Source of the DNA: Squalus acanthias
Taxonomy: Eukaryota
DNA: 64,000 bases
Reading direction: 5' to 3'
NCBI GenBank assembly: GCA_030390025.1
Contig: CM059432.1
Location: 124,374,001 to 124,438,000, forward strand
Shown here: piece by piece, positions 38,286 to 51,601 of the stretch
How the letters are laid out: each line of letters opens with the position of its first letter
Numbering within the stretch: position 1 is the first letter of the stretch
Translations under genes and position numbers: made by a program
Notes under the pieces: model-generated
What the model was told of the DNA's origin: nothing
The model's input: only the letters and a program-made list of their open reading frames with translations
Database searches by the model: none

Positions 38286-39238
38286 ATGGGAGACCAGGCA
38301 ATGTGTTGTTGTTGTTGCATATGGGAGCTGGTGGACACCATTGAGGTCCAGGGCGACCACATCTGCAGCAAATGTTGGCTGCTCGAGGAACTTCGGCTCA
38401 GAGTTGATGAGCTGGAGTCCGAGCTTCAGACACTGCGACACGTTAGGGAGGGGGAGCGTTACCTGGACACAATGTTCCAGGAGGCAGTCACACCCACTAG
38501 AATAATTACTTCCGATTTGGCCCATGGTCAGGGACAGGAGGGTGTGACAGCGAGGCAGGTATTGGGATCCAGGAGGCAGTGGTGGAGGAGCCTCAGCCCT
38601 TGGCCTTGTCCAACAGGTACGAGATTCTTGCTCCCTGTGTGGATGAGGCCAGGGACTGCAGGGAGGATGAGCAAACTGACCACAGCACCATGGTACAGGG
38701 AGCCGTTCAAGTGGGGGGAGCAAAAAGAAATGTTGTAGTGATTGGGGACAGTATAGTGAGGGGGATAGATACTGTTCTCTGTAGCCGAGAGCGTGAGTCC
38801 CGAGGCTGTGTTGCCTGCCTGGTGCCAGGGTTAAGGACATCTCCTCTGGGCTGGAGAGAAACTTGGAGTGGGAGGGGGAAGATCCAGTTGTCATGGTCCA
38901 CGTAGGTACCAATGACATAGGTAGGACAAAGAAAGAGGTTCTGCTGAGAGAGTTATGAGCAGCTAGGGGCTAAATTAAAAAGCAGAACCACAAAGATAAT
39001 AATCTCTGGATTACTACCTGAGCCACAAGCGAATTTGCTTAGGGTAAATAAGATTAGAGAAATGAACGAGTGGCTCAAAGACTGGTGTGGGAGAAATGGG
39101 TTTCGATTTGTGGGGCACTGGCACCAGTACTGGGATAAGAGGGAGCTGTTCCGTTTGGATGGGTTTCACTTGAACCATGCTGGGGCTAGAGTCCTGGCAA
39201 ATCGAATAACTAGGGCTGTAGAGAGGGCTTTAAACTAA
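38286..39238 (+). pseudogene. CR1 ORF1: zinc finger/leucine zipper plus SGNH esterase domain, frameshifted
   Basis: C..C...HICSKC, LEELRLRVDELESELQTL, VVIGDSIVRG, VHVGTND, DGFHLN. Confidence 0.9.
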
Positions 39239-39419
39239 ATAGTCGGGGGGAGGATCCAGGTGAGTGGGAAAATAAAATGTCAATGAGAAATGAGAAAGCA
39301 ATAGAGCAGGCTAGAGATGGGGAAAATAATAACCAGAGTGTGACAGGAAGGGACAGAATGTTTAAAAATAAGAGTGTAACAGAAAAAAAGGCCAAAACAA
39401 GGAAAAATGGTAAAAAGAC

Positions 39420-42210
39420 AAAGTTAAAAGCTCTATATCTGAATGCACGCAGCATTCGTAACAAAATAAATGAGTTGACGGCACAAATACATACAAATAG
39501 GTATGATCTGATCGCCATTACAGAGACGTGGTTGCAAGGCGACCAGGGCTGGGAACTGAATATTCCAGGGTATATGATAATTCGGAAGGATAGAAAGGAA
39601 AGGGAGGTGGGGTGGCTTTGTTGGTAAAAGATGGGATCAGTGCAGTGGTGAGAAGTGATATTGGCTCAGAAGATCAAGATGTAGAATCGGTTTGGGTGGA
39701 GATAAAAAATAATAAGGGGAAAAAGTCTCTGGTGGGCGAAGTCTACAGGCTCCCGAACAGTAGCAATGCTGTTGGACAGAGTATAAATCAACAAATATGG
39801 AGGCCTGTAAAAAAGGTACGGTAATAATCATGGGTGATTTCAATCTCCATATTGATTGGACAAATCAAATTGGCCATGGTAGCCTGAGGAGGAGTTCATA
39901 GAGTACATCCGGGATGTTTTCCTAGAACAGTATGTAATGGAACCAACCAGGGAGCAGGCTATCTTGGATCTGGTACTATGTAATGAGACCGAATTAATAA
40001 ATGATCTCATAGTAAAGGATCCTCTAGGAAAGACTGATCATCGCATGGTTGAATTTCAAATTCAGTTGGAAGGTGAGAAAGTTGTATCCCAAACCAGTGT
40101 ACTGATCTTAAACAAAGGCAATTATAATGGCATAAGGGCAGAACTGGCTAAAGTGGACTGGGAAAACAAATTAAAGGGTAAGAAAGTTGAAATGCAGTGG
40201 CGGACATTTAAGGAGATATTTCATAACTCTCAACAAAAATATATTCCAGTGAGAAAGAAAGATTTTAAGAGAAGGGAGCACCATCCGTGGCTAACTAAGG
40301 AAGTAAAGGATGGTATCAAGTTGAAAATGAAGGCATACAATGTTGCCAAGATTGGTGGGAGACCAGAGGATTGGGAAATTTTAAAAAACCAGCAAAGGAT
40401 GACTAAAAAAATAATAAAGAGAGAGAAGATGAATTATGAGAGTAAGCTGGCAAGAAACATTAAAACCGATAGTAAGAGCTTCTACAGGTATATAAAAAGG
40501 AAAAGGGTAGCTAAAGTAAATGTTGATCCCTTAGAGGATGAGACTGGGGAATTAATAATGGGGAACAGGGAAATGGCAGAGACTCTGAACAAATATTTTG
40601 CATCTGTCTTCACTGTAGAAGACACTAACAACATCCCAATAATGGATAATCAAGGGGCCACAGGGAGTGGGGAACTAAAGACAATCACTATCACTAAGGA
40701 AATAGTACTCGGTAAAATAATGGGACTAAAAGACGACAAGTCCCCTGGACCAGATGGCCTGCATCCCAGGGTCTTAAAAGAAGTGGCTGCAGAGATAGTG
40801 GATGCATTGGTTGCAATATATCAAAATTCCCTGGACCCTGGAGAGGTCCCAGCGGATTGGAAAACTGCTAATGTAACACCCCTATTTAAGAAAGGACGGA
40901 GACAGAAAGCAGGAAACTATAGACCAGTTAGCCTAACATCTGTCGTTGGGAAAATGCTGGAGTCCTTCATTAAGGAAGCAGTAGCAGGGCATTTAGAAAA
41001 ACATACTGCAGTCAAACAGAGTCAGCATGGTTTTAGGAAAGGGAAATCATGTTTAACAAATTTGCTGGAGTTCTTTGAGGATGTAACAAGTAGGGTGGAC
41101 AAGGGTGAGCCAGTGGATGTGGTGTATTTGGATTTCCAGAAGGCATTCGATAAGGTGCCACATAAAAGGTTACTGCATAAGATAAGAGCTCACAGAGTTG
41201 GTGGTAATATATTAGCATGGATAGAGGATTGGCTAACTAACAGAAAGCAGAGAGTCGGGATAAATGGGTAATTTTCTGGTTGGCAAACGGTAACTAGTGG
41301 GGTGCCACAGGGATCGGTGCTGGGGCCCCAACTATTTACAATCTACATTAATGACTTGGATGAAGGGATCGAGTGTAATGTAGCCAAGTTTGTGGATGAT
41401 ACAAAGATGGGTGGGAAAGCAAGTTGTGCAGAGGAATCAAAGAATCTGCAAAGGGATATAGACAGGCTAGGTGAGTGGGCAAACATTTGGCAGATGGAGT
41501 ATAATGTGGGAAAGTGCGAGGTTATCCACTTTGGCAGGAAAAATAAAAAAGCAAACTACTATTTAAATGGAGAGAGATTATAAAATGCTACTGTTCAGAG
41601 GGACCTGGGGGTCCTTGTGCATGAAACACACAAAGTTAGCATGCAGGTACAGCAAGTAATAAAAAAGGCAAATGGAATGTTGGCCTTTATTTCAAGGGCT
41701 TTGGAGTATAAAAGCAGGGAAGTCCTGCTACAACTGTACAAGGTATTGGTGAGACCACACCTTGAGTACTGCGTACAGTTTTGGTCTCCTTATTTGAGGA
41801 AGGATATACTTGCATTGGAGGCAGTTCAGAGACGATTCACTAGGTTAATTCCAGAGATGAGGGGTTTGACTTATGAGGAAAGGTTGAGCAGGCTGGGCCT
41901 ATACTCATTGGAATTTAGAAGAATGAGAGGTGATCTTATCGAAACATATAAGATACTGAGGGGGCTCGACAGGGTAGATGCAGAGAGGATGTTTCCCCTC
42001 ATGGGGAAATCTAGAACACAGGGGCACAGTCTCAGAATAAAGGGTCGCCCTTTTATAACTGAGATGAGGAGGAACTTCTTCTCTCAGAGGGTCGTAAATT
42101 TGTGGAATTCTCTGCCCCAGAGAGCTGATACATTTAAAGTGGAGATAGACAAATTTTTGCAAGATAAGGGAGTGAAGGGTTATGGGGAGCGGGCTGGGAA
42201 GTGGCTTTGA
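39420..42210 (+). pseudogene. CR1 ORF2: APE endonuclease plus RT, with frameshifts and stops
   Basis: YLNARSIRNK, IAITETW, MGDFN, LDLVL, KTDH, NYRPVSLTS, PQGSVLGP, FVDD; stops near 41269 and 41581. Confidence 0.93.
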
Positions 42211-42404
42211 GCCCTAGATCAGCCATGACCTTATTGAATGGCGGAGCAAGCTCGAGGGGCCAAGTGGCCTATTCCTGCTCCTATTTCTTATGTTCTTATG
42301 AAAGTTACTATTGAATCTGCTTCAGCCACCCTTTCAGGCAGTGCATTCCCGATCATAGCAACTCACTGCGTAACAATAATTCTCATCTCCACTCTGGTTC
42401 TTTT

Positions 42405-42985
42405 AGGAACGTAGGAACAGGAGTAGGCCATTCAGCCCCTAGAATCTGCTCCGCCATTCAATGAGATCATGGCTGATCTGCGACCTAACTCCATATACCC
42501 GCCTTTCCCTTAAAACCTTTGGTTAACAGAAAGCTATCAATCTCCAATTTAAAATTAACAATTGATCTAGCATCAATTGCTGTTTGTGGAAAAGAGTTCC
42601 AAACTTCTACCACCCTTTGTGTGTAGAAGTGTTTCCTAATTTCACTCCTGAAAGGTCTGGCTCTAATTTTTAGACTATGCCCCCTAGTACTAGAATCCCC
42701 AACCAGCGGAAATAGTTTCTCTCTATCTACCCTATCTGTTCCCCTTAATATCTTGAAAACTTCGATCAGCTCACCCCTTAACCTTCTAAATTCTAGGGAA
42801 TACAACCCTAATTTGTGTAATCTCTCCTCGTAACTTAACCCTTGAAGTCGTGTATCATTCTAGTAAACCTATGCTGCACTCCCTCCAAGGCCAATATATC
42901 CTTCCTAAGATGTGGTGCCCAGAACTGCTCACAGTACTCCAGGTGTGGTCTAATCAGGGTTTTGTATAGCTGTAGCATAACTTCG
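42405..42985 (-). mobile_element. Nested CR1 3' fragment
   Basis: YSLEFRRLRGELIEVFKIL...WNSFP; tail TTCCTACGTTCCTA. Confidence 0.85.
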
Positions 42986-45067
42986 ACCCCCTTTTGCCAA
43001 TTATCTTAAATCTGTGTCCTCTGGTTACTGATGCCCCTGCCAATGGAAACAGTTTCTTCTTTATTCTGTCAAAACCTTTCATAATTTTGAACACCTCTAT
43101 TAAATCTCCCTTTAATCTTCCCTGCTCTAAGGAGAACAAGTTCAACTTCTCCAGTCGCTCCACATAACTGAAGTCCCTCATCCCAGGTTCCATTCCAGTA
43201 AATGTCCTCTGCGCTCTCTCTAAGGCCTTGACATCCTTCCTATAGGGTGGTGCCCAGAATTGGACACAATACTCCAGCTGTGGCCTAACCAGTGTTTTAT
43301 AAAGATTTAGCATAACTTCCTTGCTTTTGTACTCTATTCCTCTATTTATAAAGCCCAGGATCCATATGCTTTTTTAACAGCCTTCTCAACTTGTCCTGCC
43401 ACCGTCAAAGATTTGTATATGTTCTAAATGAATTTTAATATTATACAGGTTTCCAACAGAATTAATTGGCACTCTGGTGATAGTATTTTTACTTCCTGGC
43501 ATTTTGAGGTCCCACTAGAGCACAGCATAACCACAATGTGCGAATATAAAATTGTGTACACTGTATGTTATAAATAGTCTGCGAACAGTAGCTCCTGCAA
43601 CTCAGCGAATTAGTTAACTGAAGTTTTAACTTATTATTTGACACAGATAAAATGCAGGCTTTGCATTTGGCTCAGCTTATAATGGATCAGTTTTCCTATT
43701 TATGAAACCTATTTTTTATAATCTTGTATTTTAAATGTAAATGCACTGAGGCATTCTTCAATTTATCAGTTTTAGCTTTAGGTGGTTAGTTGTGAAAAAG
43801 CTGAGAATCAGTATGTCATGGCAGGACAGTTCATCACTCTTCTAATGCTCGGAGCATGAAGGCTAATTTTTCTGATTTCAGTAGAACTTTGGTCTTAGAT
43901 ACCACCCCCACACTGGCATCAAGACTCCTGAGAAGAACAACTTTAGAAAAATACCATACTCTTTGCAGGCTTACATTAAATCCAGTATATTGTTTCTTGC
44001 TTTCAATATTTTTTAAGTGGAAGACATCCATCAGTCCAGGTCCGTAATGAAACAGAAGTCGAGAATTTCAGCCAGTACAGATCAGAACCAACAGAATTTC
44101 AATGCGTACAGTTAATATATCTGTCGATACTAAATGCAGTTAATAAAAACCAACTGAGCTGAATTAGAAATTCATTTGGTGAAACCATTTATCCCATAAA
44201 AAGTAAGTTTGAGTTGATGACACCAGTTTTCTTTCTCTGTCCAATAGCCTTGTTGAGACCTGATGAAGAACAATCTCAAGTGGTGGCAAGTTAACTTAGT
44301 GATAAACAGCCAAGCACTTGAATCCCCTGCTGATTGAGACACTTGACAAGAAAATTGTTATAAAACGTGGGAATAAAAGGTATAAAACATGGAGATGAAG
44401 TCCCAAAGTTATGTGTCTCCAACAGTGAATCTTTGCCTTACTTTCCTTTGTCTTGTTGCTACCTTTTGTTTTAACATAAACTTGCTCTTCCATTGTAAAA
44501 AAAAAATTATCAGCACTCAAAGCTTTTCTCATTGTAACACTGTAAGTTCTCTCTCTCTCTTGCTTTCCAACTAACATTAATCTAAACAGTTCTATGCAAT
44601 CAGAAATCAACTGGCACTGGTAATATCTCATCCAAAACAAAACTTTCATCCTCAAAAGTTGCCAAGTGAATCAATCATTGCTGATTGTGATTGTGGTATT
44701 TAGAAGGGCTTGTGCATTCTATCAGTGGAAAATCTATCCATCAGTTATTCACCAGTATACAAAGTACGAGATTACTGCACAGTATGGTGATTTAGGAGCC
44801 TACCTCATTAGTTGGAGCCATCCACTTGCCATTTGAGATGTATACAGAGGTTTGCTGCATTTGGGTGCTATTGACACTTAATGACTAGAGCAAGTTAAGC
44901 TGATCATTCTTGGCATATCTGTAAGCAGTGATTATGTCTATCATAGACATGACAAAGAGACTGCCCTGGCTAAATCCTGGGGGGATTGTCGCTGTTCATG
45001 GAAGAATAAGATAGATGGCTGGCTGGCCTCCCTCATCTCTATTTATCTTTGTGAAGTGAACAATAAT

Positions 45068-45300
45068 GGGCCAGAAATTCGGCTCTCCGGCTTCCCGCGG
45101 GTGCAAGGATCGCGCGCGTACTTACCTGCCGTTGTGCTTCGGGCCCGCGTGGACTTCGGCTCCTGGGCCTCCTGCAGCTGCCGGCGCGCAGTGCTTGCGT
45201 ATCCCGGGGCGCAGTTAGTTCGAAGCGTCCCCTGGGATCACGTGGGCCATGGAGTTGTATCAAACCAGAAGATCAACAGGAATAGATTTTCCATCACATA
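45068..45300. mobile_element. Truncated Harbinger-type MITE end
   Basis: GGGCCAGAAATTC terminus followed by a CpG-rich subterminal region; no partner TIR found. Confidence 0.5.
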
Positions 45301-46565
45301 AGTTGGTCAACACAGTAATTGCTATGCTATACCATACTGTGTTCAATAGCATCTCCTGAAATTAGTTGGGGGGCTTCGTTACCTGTGGATATTTTCTACC
45401 CATTAGAAAGGAAAGTCATGGAACATGTGGAAGTTAGTCTTTTTTCTTGGTTTGGATCACGATGCAAAGGGATAATGGTGGTATGAAATCTGGCATTTGT
45501 CATCTGTAAGACAAAACTGTTTGAGATGGCATGAACATTGCTGTTCAATCTTTTGTGGCATGTTAAGTATTAAATCCCAGTCTACTGTAAGCAAAGTGTG
45601 CTCTGGTTCTTCAGACTCACAGCAAATAGCTGAAGCAGCAGGGCCGCTCCCCAGAGCTTTGGAATGTAGCGGTCTTTATAAATAATCATATGAAAATGAT
45701 AAAAACGTTTTCATTATGCAGTGTGGAAGCAATTTCCCAGACGTTCATGCATGAAGTTGAGTGTAGGTTTGGTTGACCAAGGGTCATTGCCTTAGACATT
45801 AAGAAATAGCTTGTGTCCCAAGTCTTTAGAGCTGTGACTGAATTTGGCATCGTGCACAAATTAACCACTGTCTACCATTCCATATGATGGAGACAGTAAA
45901 TCATTCAATAGGAATGCTGAATATACAAATAACACTCAGATATTTGATACCCAAAGATAGTAAAGGACAGATGGACAGAAGCAGGTTAAAGTCATGTTTG
46001 AAAAATGCAGGACTGTTCCTGAATTAGTGACAGATCACAGCAAATGTCAAAATTGATAAAAGATCCAATGCAGATAGCAAATCCCAAAAAGTATTTTTAA
46101 ATACCAGCTATCTACATGTGTGGGAGCATCTGGGATGATGTTGGAGATACATTTGGTTTCTATTGCACAAAATCTGCAACTTTCTGTACGGAATGATTTC
46201 ACGATAACTCAAAAAATACTTGGCTAGATAAAGTTCACGAACAGGATGTCTTTTCCATGCACAAACCTAATGCATCTGATTCCATATAAATTATATTGTA
46301 AATATTTTATGCAATGCACAACAAGCAGATAGAAATTCAAGATTCATATATACGCTTGTTTGCACACAGCTAAATGTGTGCTTGAGAAGAGAAAAATCAG
46401 GTCTAAGGGTTTTGACCTGCAGAAATGCTGTTCTATCCTCAAATAAATATAAGCCAGAAGCAAAATTACAGCATAGGAGGTAAATGCCACAGAATAGGAT
46501 CACGGGTCAGTTAATTAAGCTTTGCCCCACCATGGAGATAACATTCCATGAGAATAAACATCATC

Positions 46566-46719
46566 ACTGGGAATTTCCTTGGGGGCTCTTCCGATCGGCT
46601 GCCATAACTTTGGCGGATGATCAGCAGAACCACCGGATAGACATGTAAATGGGGTTTCCACAGATTTTTAGCTGAGGTTACAGCCGTCGATTGGGAGAAC
46701 TCCCAAGGAAATTACTGGT
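46566..46719. mobile_element. Short hairpin MITE
   Basis: AATTTCCTTGGG...CCCAAGGAAATT inverted termini. Confidence 0.6.
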
Positions 46720-47112
46720 GCATGCATGTACAACGAAAATGGAGCACAAGGCAGTTGGCCATTAATGAATAAGTGAAGTTTTGCAGATAATATTGTGTTG
46801 TTGGTGGACTCACTGGAGATCTAATGCACGCTACTCACCATTCTGCTTCAAGGTTCAGAACTCGTAAGCATACAATGGCCCATGTGTGAGATCCAGGACC
46901 ACGCTGTTAGAGGAAGCAGCTGCAGGGAGTGATGAGCTTCTTACCAGGCACATCTCTTTGCCAAGTTCCCTCACATAAGGACCTGGATTAAACAGCTAAT
47001 GATGAGTAAGCCTGGTATATGACAATGGATTTGGATGTCTAGAACATCAAGGGGCTGACATGACACCCTGCATAGGTCCTTTCACCATGCTGAAGATGGA
47101 GATGTCCATCAT

Positions 47113-47682
47113 ATCAGCCTTGGCTCAATGGTAGCACTCTTGCCTCTGAGTCAGAAGGTGTAGGTTCAAGTCCTACTCCAGCGACTTGAGCACATAACCT
47201 AGGATGACACTTCAGTGCAGCACCAAGGGAGTACTGCGCTGTTGGAAGTGCTGTCTCTCGGGTGGATTTAAAACTTCCCATGGCATTATTTAAAGAAGAG
47301 CAGGCGAGTTATCCTGGTATCCTGGACAACAGCATCCCTCAACCAACATCGAAAACAGATGATGTGGTCATTTACTTAACTGCTGTTAGTGGGAACTTGC
47401 TGCGCGCAAATTGGCTGCCATGTTTCCCGACATTAAAACAGTGATGACAGCCCCGATTTTAACTCAGGATGCATTTGGGGCAGGCGGGGTGGAAGGGAAA
47501 CCCCCATGGACTGAGGCCTTATTTAAAAAGTACAGCTCTGTCTCCCACCTGAAATCAGTGGGAGTGGTGTCATGGCCGGTGGGTGGGAGTGGGAATCGGG
47601 GCAGGAGCCGGACACTGCCTGGGACGCAAGGAAATTGTGGTGAAAGCTGCTACATAAATGCGAGTTCTTTCTATCTTTCTTT
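47113..47682 (+). mobile_element. DeuSINE interrupted by a MITE fragment (~47448-47635)
   Basis: Head TGGCTCAATGGTAGC...GGTTCAAGTCC; Deu domain TGCTGCGCGCAAATTGGCTGCC; tail ATAAATGCGAGTTCTTTCT. Confidence 0.82.
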
Positions 47683-48169
47683 ATAAGTTATGGGATTTGG
47701 GATGACAACTACCGGAAGGCATTACCCAGAGGCCAGATATAAAAACTTCAGTTCATATATCCAGGGCTCGGTGCCTAGCATGATTGAGTTGCAGAGAGGC
47801 AAGTACGTGCTGCAGAAGGTCCCCACTTTGAACTGGTATAAGCACCATTTCATGGGGCATGGTGTGTTTCATGTCGTGGTCAGCACGTTGGTGGCAATAA
47901 ATGCACATCTTTGAGCGTAAGTTGTGCTGCTCACCTTGCTGCTCATAAGGAGCTCCTGGTACCTGCTGGTGACCTAGCAAGGGCTCAAGCACACACTTTT
48001 CTGTTGTCTAATAATCAACGGGTAACTGTCCTCTGGGAAGGAGAGGATTCAGCGGTCAAGGGGACTCCAAAAACGACATCCCTGGCAATGGAAATTCAAA
48101 AGTAGGTCAATCTTCTATGACAGACCGCTATCCATTGGCTGAAACAGAGAAATCCGCAGTACTCCTGGG

Positions 48170-48317
48170 CAATGTTCCCTGTCATTTTTGGGGGGATGCG
48201 CATGCCCTTTAACTGGCTGCGTGGCCCATTCAATTTTTTGCGCATGCGCAGTTATTTCCATTGTAAGGCCGGTGAGCGGCCTGCGTGGGACCTCCAGACT
48301 GTTGCACGGGAACATTG
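48170..48317. mobile_element. hAT-type MITE
   Basis: TIR CAATGTTCCC / GGGAACATTG; 8-bp TSD CTCCTGGG / TTCCAGGG (6 of 8 match). Confidence 0.78.
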
Positions 48318-49689
48318 TTCCAGGGCACTGTTAATGATTGACCAAATAGTTTGTCTCAGTAATGGAACCTTGAGGGATAAACCTGTCAGTGGGGTCTGAG
48401 ATTCTTCCCTTCGGCTCCAGAGTACCCTGCAAGTAAATGCCCTAAATGGTATAAATGGTAGGCAAGCAGCAGGAAGCTTACCATCAGGATGTCTTAACTG
48501 GTTAAACTCCAGCTGTCCCCCTGCGCACACTTGGGGGTCCCTAAGCCTTGGGTCTGCCATCCTGTGCCTATGCTCTCTGGACTTAGGTCATTGGGATGTC
48601 CATATTGGGAGAATGTGCGCACTCCTTGTTAAGCAGAAATTCTACGCAAACACAGTTTTGAGTAGCTTGGTTCAGAGACTCAAACATGGTGATGGGGTCA
48701 GGAGTCCTTCACATATTGAGGGCAGGCAGCGGGGCCTTTTCCAGCACAGCTGGGGCACCCAGCTGAGGTGGGACAGCAGAGGAAAATTGCTGCTGTCCAA
48801 TCTGGCCAGTGATGCTGGCCGAAGATTCAGAAACAAATTTATAAAATATAAATTTTTGGAACTAGCACTTTGGCACTAGGCGAACTGTCCAAATAAAATT
48901 TGAACCACCGCCCCCCCACCCACCCCCCTCCCCCCCACCCCCCCGCACCCCCGTAAGCCCATAGAAAAGCAGGACACAGGGATCCCTTTTATGTAGCATT
49001 GCTAGGTTGCAAAACTTGGGAAATATTGTGAAATATCATCCTGTCATTTGCATCCATTATAATGCGTGTTATATGACAGACAACACTTCCAGCAGAAAAT
49101 CCTGGATCTATATATTGTATAGAGATAGATTTTGAACAGGCTGAAGCTTAGTCCCGGCTAGTTAAAAGGCAGGGGTTTAATACCTACTCCTTCTAAAGAA
49201 CACACTTCTCTGAGAAAGATTATACGAATTCTGCTGTAGAATATTGGATTGCGAAACAGCCACAAAAGATGTAGTCTAGCATATCAATCATTGTAAAAAT
49301 AATAAAAATAAAAAGCTGCCACTAATGTAATTGCTCGAGTTTATTTTTGAACAGTAGAATAGGTCATTTTTTTAAAATTCAAATTCAACTCTCAGAGGCC
49401 CATCACTGCAAGCAAGATCTGAAGCAAATTGTGTGCTTTCATCCCTTTCATTTTCCCAAATGACATTTCAGTTAGCAAAGAATCAAAGCGTCGAGATACT
49501 AATCCCCTTGTACCTTGAGGTTTTATAATAGGCCATTTGCAACGATTGCAAAGTAGATTAAAAAAGGTTTCATTTATAAATTTTCAGCAGCATTTGCAAC
49601 AAATGTAACGGAAGCTCGTCGCTCTTCATATTGCATGAATTTCAGAACAACCACATTTTAAAATGGTTTTAGAGTATAGCCCTCAATAC

Positions 49690-50350
49690 CGCACTGCCTG
49701 GAGGAGAACTGAGCCAATCAGGCCACAAAAGGCCTGGTCCAATCTCCAATCTGTGCTGAATTCGTTAATCATAGCTAAGGTGGCACTAGCAAGCGCTGCA
49801 AGTGATTTTTTTTTTATTCGTTCATGGGATGTGGGTGTCGCTGGCAAGGCCAGCATTTATTGCCCATCCCTAATTGCCCTTGAGAAGGTGGTGGTGAGCC
49901 GCCACCTTGAACCATCACAGTCCGCATGGTGAAGGTACTCCCACAGTGCTGTTAGAAAGTGAGTTCCAGGATTTTGACTCAGCGACGATGAAGGATCGAC
50001 GATATACTTCCAAGTCAGGATGGTGTGTGACTTGGAGGGGAACTTGGAGGTGGTGGTGTTCCCATGTGCCTGCTGCCCTCGTCCTTCTAGATGGAAGAGG
50101 TCGCGGGTTTGGGAGGTGCTGCCGAAGAAGCCTTGGCAAGTTGCTGCAGTGCATCTTGTAGATGGTACACACTGCAGCCACGGTGCGCCGGTGGTGGAGG
50201 GAGTAAATGTTTAAGGTGGTGGATGTGGTGCCGATCAGTATTCCCATACTAGGGAGGTGAAAAATAATTAGACAGGGCTCTTGATCCTGTCTCTGTTCAG
50301 TGACCGTGCCTGTACAAGGTGTCAGTGGAGACAGAATCGTGATATCCCTG
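49690..50350 (+). mobile_element. Old tRNA-derived SINE split by a LINE
   Basis: CTGAGCCAATCAGGCC...TCTGTGCTGAATT, resuming after 50235 with CTAGGGAGG...TTCAGTGACC. Confidence 0.45.
49806..50235 (-). mobile_element. CR1/L2-group LINE 3' fragment
   Basis: Nearly identical to 29527-29945. Confidence 0.88.
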
Positions 50351-50796
50351 TACTAATCATGCTCTAACATTTCATAAGCAGCTAACAGGCCACTTAACCT
50401 GTATAACTGATGAAAACATTGGGAATTCATTTGTGGAGTGGGCAACATTCGTGTGAAGTGGTTGAGTGGCAAGTTTGAAAAGCCCATTTTACCCACGAGT
50501 CTGCATGTGCTTGTAAACGGCATTATGGAGAATCAGAAGGTCCCATTTCATTGAGGAAAATGGCCCCTAAACATGATAGAGAGGAACAAACAGCCAATGT
50601 GTTCTAGAGAATGTGAACTCTATAGCCTAGTTTTCCTGCTATAGGTGGAATTTAGATCCGAATTGTTAGAAGTGGATTTTAAACAGACTCAAAAGTAAGT
50701 GTGATAGCAAAATACTGCGGATGCTGGAAATCCGAAATAACAACAGAAAACGCTGGAAAAACTCAGCAGGCCAGGCAGCATCCGTGGAGAGAGAAA

Positions 50797-50837
50797 CAGA
50801 GTTAACGTTTCAGGTCGAAGACCTTTTGTCAGAACTG
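50797..50837 (-). ncRNA. Minimal type I hammerhead ribozyme with mutated core (CUGACAA), probably inactive
   Basis: Minus strand: CAGTT CTGACAA AAGGTC TTC GACCT GAAAC GTT AACTCTG. Confidence 0.6.
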
Positions 50838-51560
50838 GAAAAAGGCAGGAAATGAAATAGATTTAAAGCAAGTATACTGCTGGGAAAAGGGGGAGGGGAT
50901 GAAAGAACAAAAGGAAAGGGCAGTGGTGGGATAGAAAGCAGGAGAGATTAAGAGACATAAAGAGATAATCAAGGCAGGAGGAGGTGGTAATGTGACAGGT
51001 TGAGGCTAGATGAAGTGTGAAATGCGCTGGCAGAATGAAGGACAGCTGCCAGCTTCTGGGAGGGAAGAAAAAAAAAGGCCAAACAAAAGGGTGGATGAAA
51101 AAATAAAATAAAAATATGTATATATGTGATAGGGGCCGGGGTTATGATCTGAAATTGTTGAACTCTATGTTGAGTCCAGAGGACTGTAGAGTGCCTGTAG
51201 ACAGTCCTCTGGACTCAACATCGAGTTCAACAATTTCAGATCATAACCCTGGCCCCTATCACATACATACATATTTTTATTTTATTTTTTCATCCACCCT
51301 TTTGTTTGGCCTTTTTTTTTCTTCCCTCCCAGAAGCTGGCAGCTGTCCTTCATCCTGCCAGCGCATTTCACACTTCATCTAGCCTCAACCTGTCACATTA
51401 CCACCTCCTCTTGCCTTGAATATCTCTTAATGTCTCTCAATGTCTCTTAATCTCTCCTGCTTTCTATCCTATCACTGCCCTTCCCTTTTGTTCTTTCATC
51501 CCCTCCCCCTGTTCCCAGCCCTTAACTTGCTTTAAATCTATTTAATTTCCTGTTTTTTTC

Positions 51561-51601
51561 CAGTTCTGACGAAAGGTCTTCGACCTGAAACGTTAACTCT
51601 G
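51561..51601 (+). ncRNA. Minimal type I hammerhead ribozyme (PLE-associated)
   Basis: CTGACGA core, stem II AGGTC/GACCT, GAAAC, palindromic AACGTT stem III, stem I AGTT/AACT. Confidence 0.75.

Larger units (their letters stand above)
37838..42300 (+). mobile_element. Near-full-length CR1 LINE (5' monomers, ORF1, ORF2, TTCTTATG tail)
   Basis: All CR1 domains present in order; TGAAA duplicated or microhomologous at both junctions. Confidence 0.95.
37739..43420 (-). mobile_element. CR1 3' fragment that hosts two later CR1 insertions (pieces 37739-37840, 42301-42404, ~42986-43420)
   Basis: CCCTTTTGAAA|GTTACTATTGAATC rejoins, as in 7165-7195; MLNLYKTLVRPQLEYC. Confidence 0.8.

Noticed and set aside
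38277..38918. 213-aa antisense ORF over CR1 ORF1, and similar antisense ORFs over RT regions
   Set aside because: Shadow frames of LINE coding sequence.
43834..44031. 65-aa ORF in unique sequence
   Set aside because: No recognisable homology or splice signals.
44440..44545. Possible upstream CCDC102 exon (QWKSKF...MLKQ on minus)
   Set aside because: In-frame stop, poly-T run, wrong length and a purine-rich acceptor region; probably chance.
47113..47185. tRNA genes (also 4705-4780 and 55070-55141)
   Set aside because: The A/B boxes continue into Deu-domain SINE bodies.
47753..47992. B-box-like peptide CIYCHQRADHDMKH
   Set aside because: Spacing unconvincing and no splice context; may be a decayed TE.
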